From assembly GCA_004764695.1 (NCBI GenBank), contig SMSO01000014.1, forward strand, positions 3,343,648 to 3,407,647: a DNA stretch of 64,000 nucleotides, given 5' to 3'. Shown here piece after piece: positions 58,643 through 64,000 of the stretch. This DNA comes from Schizochytrium sp. TIO01. Taxonomy: Eukaryota > Protista > Bigyra: Labyrinthulomycetes. A model generated the notes under the pieces. The model was given only the letters and a program-made list of their open reading frames with translations, had not been told where the DNA came from and made no database searches. The stretch's first letter is position 1. Each line of letters begins with the position of its first letter. Made by a program: the position numbers and the translations under genes.

Positions 58643-61600
58643 TGAGTCTCTCCTGACCCACGGGTCCCGGGTGACTCACCTTATTACCGCTACGGTCACG
58701 CAGGATGTGCGTGAATATAAGGGCGCCCGGCAACCAGGGAGATTGGGTTTTGCTGCTCTCCAGATGGGTGCGCGATTCTTCGCTCTGCTTATTGTATTCT
58801 TTCAGACTGCTTCGCTCTGCTTTCTGCCTATTGTTTCTGCATGGTTTTTACTTTTCTTTTCAATTCCTTATTGGGCCTATTGTTTTTTCCCATCCAGTTT
58901 CTACGGTAGACGTAGCTGTGTTGCTACTGGTCTCGGCTTAGAGAGATGACTTCCTCTTCCTTCAAAAGAATGGGTAAAGAAAAAAGGAAGAAGGAAGAAG
59001 ATGGAAAATGAAAAAAAATAATACATGGAATTGATTACTTTGAAACTTTTTTTTTTCTCCCCCCCCAAAATAGTGCTAGAAAAGAAAAGAAAAGAGAACC
59101 TTTAAAAATTAAGGACCTGTCGTTGCGGTCTTCCCGTGCCGTGCCCTCCTGCGTCGTGGCTTTATCCAGCATGTCAAGGAATCGAGTAAGTTTCTTTCTG
59201 TCTGGTATAGTTAGTTTTGCGCCCTCAACCAATCGCTTCTCTCCTTTATTAAAAACCAAAATTAAAAAACAAAAAACATCGTTTTCTTTGAACAAGAAAG
59301 AGCTTCTTCTTTTGTTCCTGGCAGACAGAGAGGGGAGAGACTTTTTTTTTTTTTTTGGTGTCTATTGGTTTTGCCTCTGATTCTCCTCAAGACCATCTCT
59401 CGATTAATATTTCAGGAGGGAAGAAGCGTGCGTGTTGAAAGAGGAAGGAAAGTGGAGAAAGAAAGCGCGGGTCCGCTGATGCCGACTACTGATCGAAGAA
59501 GGGACAACAAGTTTTCACGCTTGTTTCAAAAGGAAAAGGAAAAGTAGGAAAGTGTCTTTGCAGTTTGAAAAACTATTTTTTATTTCCTCAAAGCCTTATT
59601 TAATTTAATAAAAAAACTTTCCATGGACCCTTTTAATAGAATAATGAGTGAGTGAGTCGAACGCACTGACTGGTGAACATGTTTATTTTGATTTTTTATT
59701 TCAAAATTAATTAAAAGGCATAGTTCAAATGTTGAAATGAAAATAAAAGCATTCCGTCTGTGTAAACAGATCAGAGCAGTTCGCTATCTCGGTACTAGCT
59801 AGCACTTAGCCTGCAGTGTCTCACTTAGTCACTGCGTCGCATAGTCAGTTAGTCAGTCAGTCAATGAGTCAGTCATCCATCTAATCAGTCGACAATGAGT
59901 CAGTCAGAAAGAACAAAGTAAAGGATAGTCAGTGGCAGCGAGCAATAAATGAAAAAGAAAAGAGGAAATTTTCCTCTCCTTCATCCCGCAACCTTTCCTC
60001 TCCTGGTTCAATATATGTACGATTGGCCAGAGGCAGGTCTTGCTAGGGGTCCTTTTGGTTAGTCTCTTGAGTGTAATGGGATGAAATGAAATGAAGTGAA
60101 AGAAATGAAATGGAATGGAATGATGAGCATTCTGTCACAGGAGGATAACTCGTGTTCTTGTAGTAACCAACAGGCGAGAGTGAGGAAGATTTATTCAGAA
60201 CAGATGCAAAGTGCGAGTAATTCATTGAATGATTTTTATTTATTTTTTAAACTAAACTAAAATATTACCTGTTAGTAGGTGAGCGATTTCTTTCTTTTTG
60301 TATGAGAGAAAGTCCAAAACTCAGACAGCGAAGGAGATTCCTAAAAGGGCTTTCTTTTGCTTCAAAAACTAAGTGATGAAGAAAACTGCGATCGCTTTCC
60401 TTTTTCTCCTACGACGAGGACGAAAAGGAGACAAAGACGATCAGATCGTACCTAAAGTGAGGCGAGGAGGTTCAAGGACCATCACGTCTGTCGGACACCT
60501 CTGCAATTTTCGAAAGAGAGAAAAAAGAGAAAAAACAACAACAAGAAAAGTGAGTGGGCTCCAGGTCATTCATGTTTGCACTTCTACTGCTGTTGTATGT
60601 AAGCTGGTCATTCCTTCCTTCCCGAGCATGACACCATTGAATACCCATGTCTATCTATAACACCTGGGGTCTTGAGAATATTAAAAAATAAATTAAAATT
60701 ATATTGTAACAAGCGGGAATAAAGAATCCTAACGATACTACAGTCCTTCCTTCCTTCTTTCCCACTCTTCTCTTTATTCCCTATTCCTCACGCTGTTCAA
60801 TTCCTTTTTGACCAGCGAGGCGAGTGGGGCTGCCTAGCGAATACGGCTACCGTTCCCTTAACACTTGCGGGGACTAAGGATGTCTCTTCTGGGCCTTCTC
60901 TCTCTAGCTAGCTGGAGAGAGCTTTTCGCTTATTATTATGTCCCTGCCTAGTTCAATTCTGTCTTTGGCTTTTGGCCAGTTTCGATCGATGTCCTTTTCT
61001 CTCCGCTTTTCACTCAACTCAGGATGTCCACTGAGAGGTGGGTGGGTGGGTCCCTAGCGGGCGCCTAGCGAGCGGCTCTTGTGCCCAAAACCTGAGTACT
61101 TTTCAAACGACACACATACGTGTAACACACATTTTTTATAGCTACAGATACCTACCTACTCTAAACAAAAAGTCAGTCAAAATCAATGAAAACCATGAAA
61201 AAAAGCAGCGAACCGAGCGAGGAAAAGCAAAAGCGCTCAACAGCAAAAGCAGCAAGCAGGCTTTGCATCCATCGTCAGCCAGGCCTGTGAGGAAGTTAGT
61301 CAGTCAGTCAGTCAGCCAGCCAGCCAGCCACAGTAGCCTCGACGCAAGAAGGACCTGTCGCCCATCCTCTCGCGCCCCAGGCCGATCTACCAAAGGGACA
61401 CACGAACACACACCCGTCGCTGCCTCTTCGAAGTTACCCCGTCTTCAAACCAAGAGCCAAGCCGAGCCAAGCCAAGCTTCTTCTCTTCAGCGGGCCAGGC
61501 AAGTTGCCGTGGAGGTCCTTCTCAGAGAAAGAAGTTCTGCCGTCTGTATTGAAAGCAAGCAAGCAAGCGAGCAAGCAAGCGAGCAAGGATTGATTTCCTG

Positions 61601-61846
61601 GCCTTTCCCACCAAATTTCAAATCATCGTTGAAGCTTCTCCATACACTCTCAAAGTAGGACTCCCTATGCGAGGAATAAGAAGGTCAAAGCTGAAGATGG
61701 ACAAGATATACCGAGCTAGCTAGCTAGCTAGCTAGCGTAGGCGGGCTATTAGGCCGCGCTCGTAGCACAGTCGCTCCTTTTCTCTCACTAATTTGCTCCG
61801 TTCTCTCATTCATCAGAGAAGATCTTTGGCTTTTTGAGAATAGTCC

Positions 61847-61899
61847 CTTCTTCTTCTTCTTCTTCTTCTTCTTCTTCTTCTTCTTCTTCTTCTTCTTCT
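61847..61899. repeat. (CTT)~17 microsatellite
   Basis: Directly visible. Confidence 0.95.
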
Positions 61900-62430
61900 G
61901 TTCATATCTTCGTGCTTCGCAGAAAGTTCAAGGCGCCTTCTCTTTCCTTTCTCTCGGGTTTGTTTCACCTACTACTGCTCATGACACGAACGCGGCAGCT
62001 GACGAGTGGAGAAGAAGCTGCTTGGATTGAGAATGGATGCACATGGTCGCTAGTTCTCCTCCTCAAAGTACTCTGCTTGTCACTCGGGTTGTCCCAAGTC
62101 AGGAGAAGACTTCAAACCAATTCAAAAGCCAGAAAGATTGAACCCAGGAAACGGCGCGAAACCGGAGCATGGCCTCATTGTCAGTCTCAAGTACCTGCTG
62201 AGAGCAGAGAGGCATCAAGGCTATGTATGTATGGCCCATTGTTTGAGCCATCTCTCACATCGGTGCAGTTTTTCTCGGTGCTTAGGACAGTAATTTCACA
62301 AGAAAACCTAAACACTCGATTCCCCTTTTGGAAAACTAAGATAAAAAGAACGTGGCGGATTGAATGATCATCATCAGATAAATGTATTTTCCCCACTTTT
62401 TAAATTAAAAATTAAAGTAAAGCTACCTCC

Positions 62431-62575
<145 letters not shown>

Positions 62576-63103
62576 ATGACTCAAATAGCAATAATTCCAA
62601 ATAGAAACGCCTCAAACTAATTTGTTGCGAAGGATCACACATATATGCAGCATCAAAAAGAGATTTAGGCCTCGCTCGTATTATGTTATGTGCATGGCCC
62701 AGGTTAGGTACCTACTATCTCATGTTCTAGCTAGCCGCATATTCAGATACCGCTTTCTTCACAGGCGCTCCGCTCTCCGGTCCCAGACGTGCATAGCCCA
62801 AGACCATGGACTCAGACGCAGCCAATGCACTCATTGCATGGCTGCGAGGGATGCATTGGACCTGCAATCAGTGCAACTGCTGCTCGCCGCTTTGCTTGCT
62901 TGCTTGCTTGCTTGCATTTCTTCGATCCTCAGCGCAGGCAGTCAGTTTTTCCTTCATTTCGCTTCCTCCTCCTTGAACCTCAGTCTGCTAACCCCTTGCT
63001 ACGCGTCCTTAGGGGTCCCTCCCTCCCTCCCTATCTCTGAGATTTAAATATTCGTCCATAACCTTTCGAAAAGCGGACGCGGACGCGAGGGGAAAAAACC
63101 GAC

Positions 63104-63168
63104 CATTCATTGATTTTATTCATTCATTCATTATTCATTATTCATTCATTCATTCATTCATTCATTCA
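63104..63168. repeat. (CATT)n microsatellite
   Basis: Directly visible, imperfect. Confidence 0.85.
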
Positions 63169-64000
63169 TCGCTGTCGCTGTCGCTGTCTGCGCACAGAGA
63201 GACATTTGGCATGGGTGGGTAGACAGCTGGCCGGGTCCGCAGCTGAGGAGGCCTCTCTCTGTATCTGCACACCGTTATGCACAGGCGCCAGGAGCAGCGC
63301 CAGAGCCGTGCAGGGTTTCCCGCCTTGGGTGTCCTGGGCCCGAGTCGTTTGCCTGTCTTTCTGCCTCTGTGCGTGTGAGTCCTTTGTGCGTTCTTCTTTT
63401 CGTTCTTCTTTTCGTTCTTCTTCTTCTTCTTCCTCTGCTGAGTCTGGCGAGTTCCATGCACAATACCGCTGCGTTTACGCTGTGTTCCCAAGGATGGCCC
63501 AGCGGTCCCTTCTGTCTGTCTTTCTTTTTGTCTGTCTCTCTCTCTCTCCGGCCGTAGACCGATTGGCTTGTCTTCTTTCCTTCTTCGCGTCCTCTCGTAA
63601 AGTTTTAGGTGACGGGGGTTTACGGCCTCTGCTAAGCAGTGTTGTTTGTTTCCAGATTTGAGAAGGAGAGGAGAGAATATCTTTTTGAATGCCTCGTTGA
63701 GAGTTCAGTTAATTACTATGTGTCTTTCGTACCAAGAGATAAAGCAAGACAAGCAAAGGATTTAATTTAAATGCAATAAAAAAAAAGAGAAGAAAAAGAG
63801 AAAGTTGGTTCTCGCCGGGAGTTCTACTACCGTAAAAGAGGGAGGCGAAGTAAACGAGTTTCTTTTACTTCGCGCACCTTGGCGCCTTCACTTTCTATTG
63901 AGAGTGCAAAAGCAGATGTGATCTTGTGCATTGCGCTGTTTAGAGCGTTTTTCACATGAATAAATGGGAGGTAAGTATAGTAAATAAACCATGATCGTCC

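Noticed and set aside
58267-58656. Poly-Cys, poly-Leu and poly-Thr ORFs
   Set aside because: Alternative-frame readings of the AAC/CAG repeats encoding poly-N/Q in the real gene.

Overview
Eukaryotic, intron-poor genomic DNA. Long uninterrupted ORFs, ciliary genes, AOX and microsatellite-rich intergenic tracts suggest a thraustochytrid/labyrinthulomycete-type protist (inference). The first ~10.2 kb is a Ty1/copia nest: a young full-length element (1556-7120; 5-bp TSD TTTAC, non-canonical TATTG...CAATA LTR ends, half-tRNAiMet PBS, TTAGG repeats in the LTR) inserted into decayed relatives of its own family. The host genes that follow are a PH-PDZ-armadillo protein, alternative oxidase, a degenerate kinesin motor fused to a CCDC78-like coiled coil facing a SPEF2/CPC1-like gene, a GT15+GT23-like double glycosyltransferase facing a second GT23-like gene, PTAR1 (preceded by a 3x150-bp repeat), an APE2-like endonuclease, and an N/Q-rich protein with two tandem Bro-N/KilA-N-like (giant-virus-type) domains. 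Three coding regions are split by single-base frame breaks, most likely assembly errors or mutations. All homology calls are by-eye motif recognition; no searches were run.
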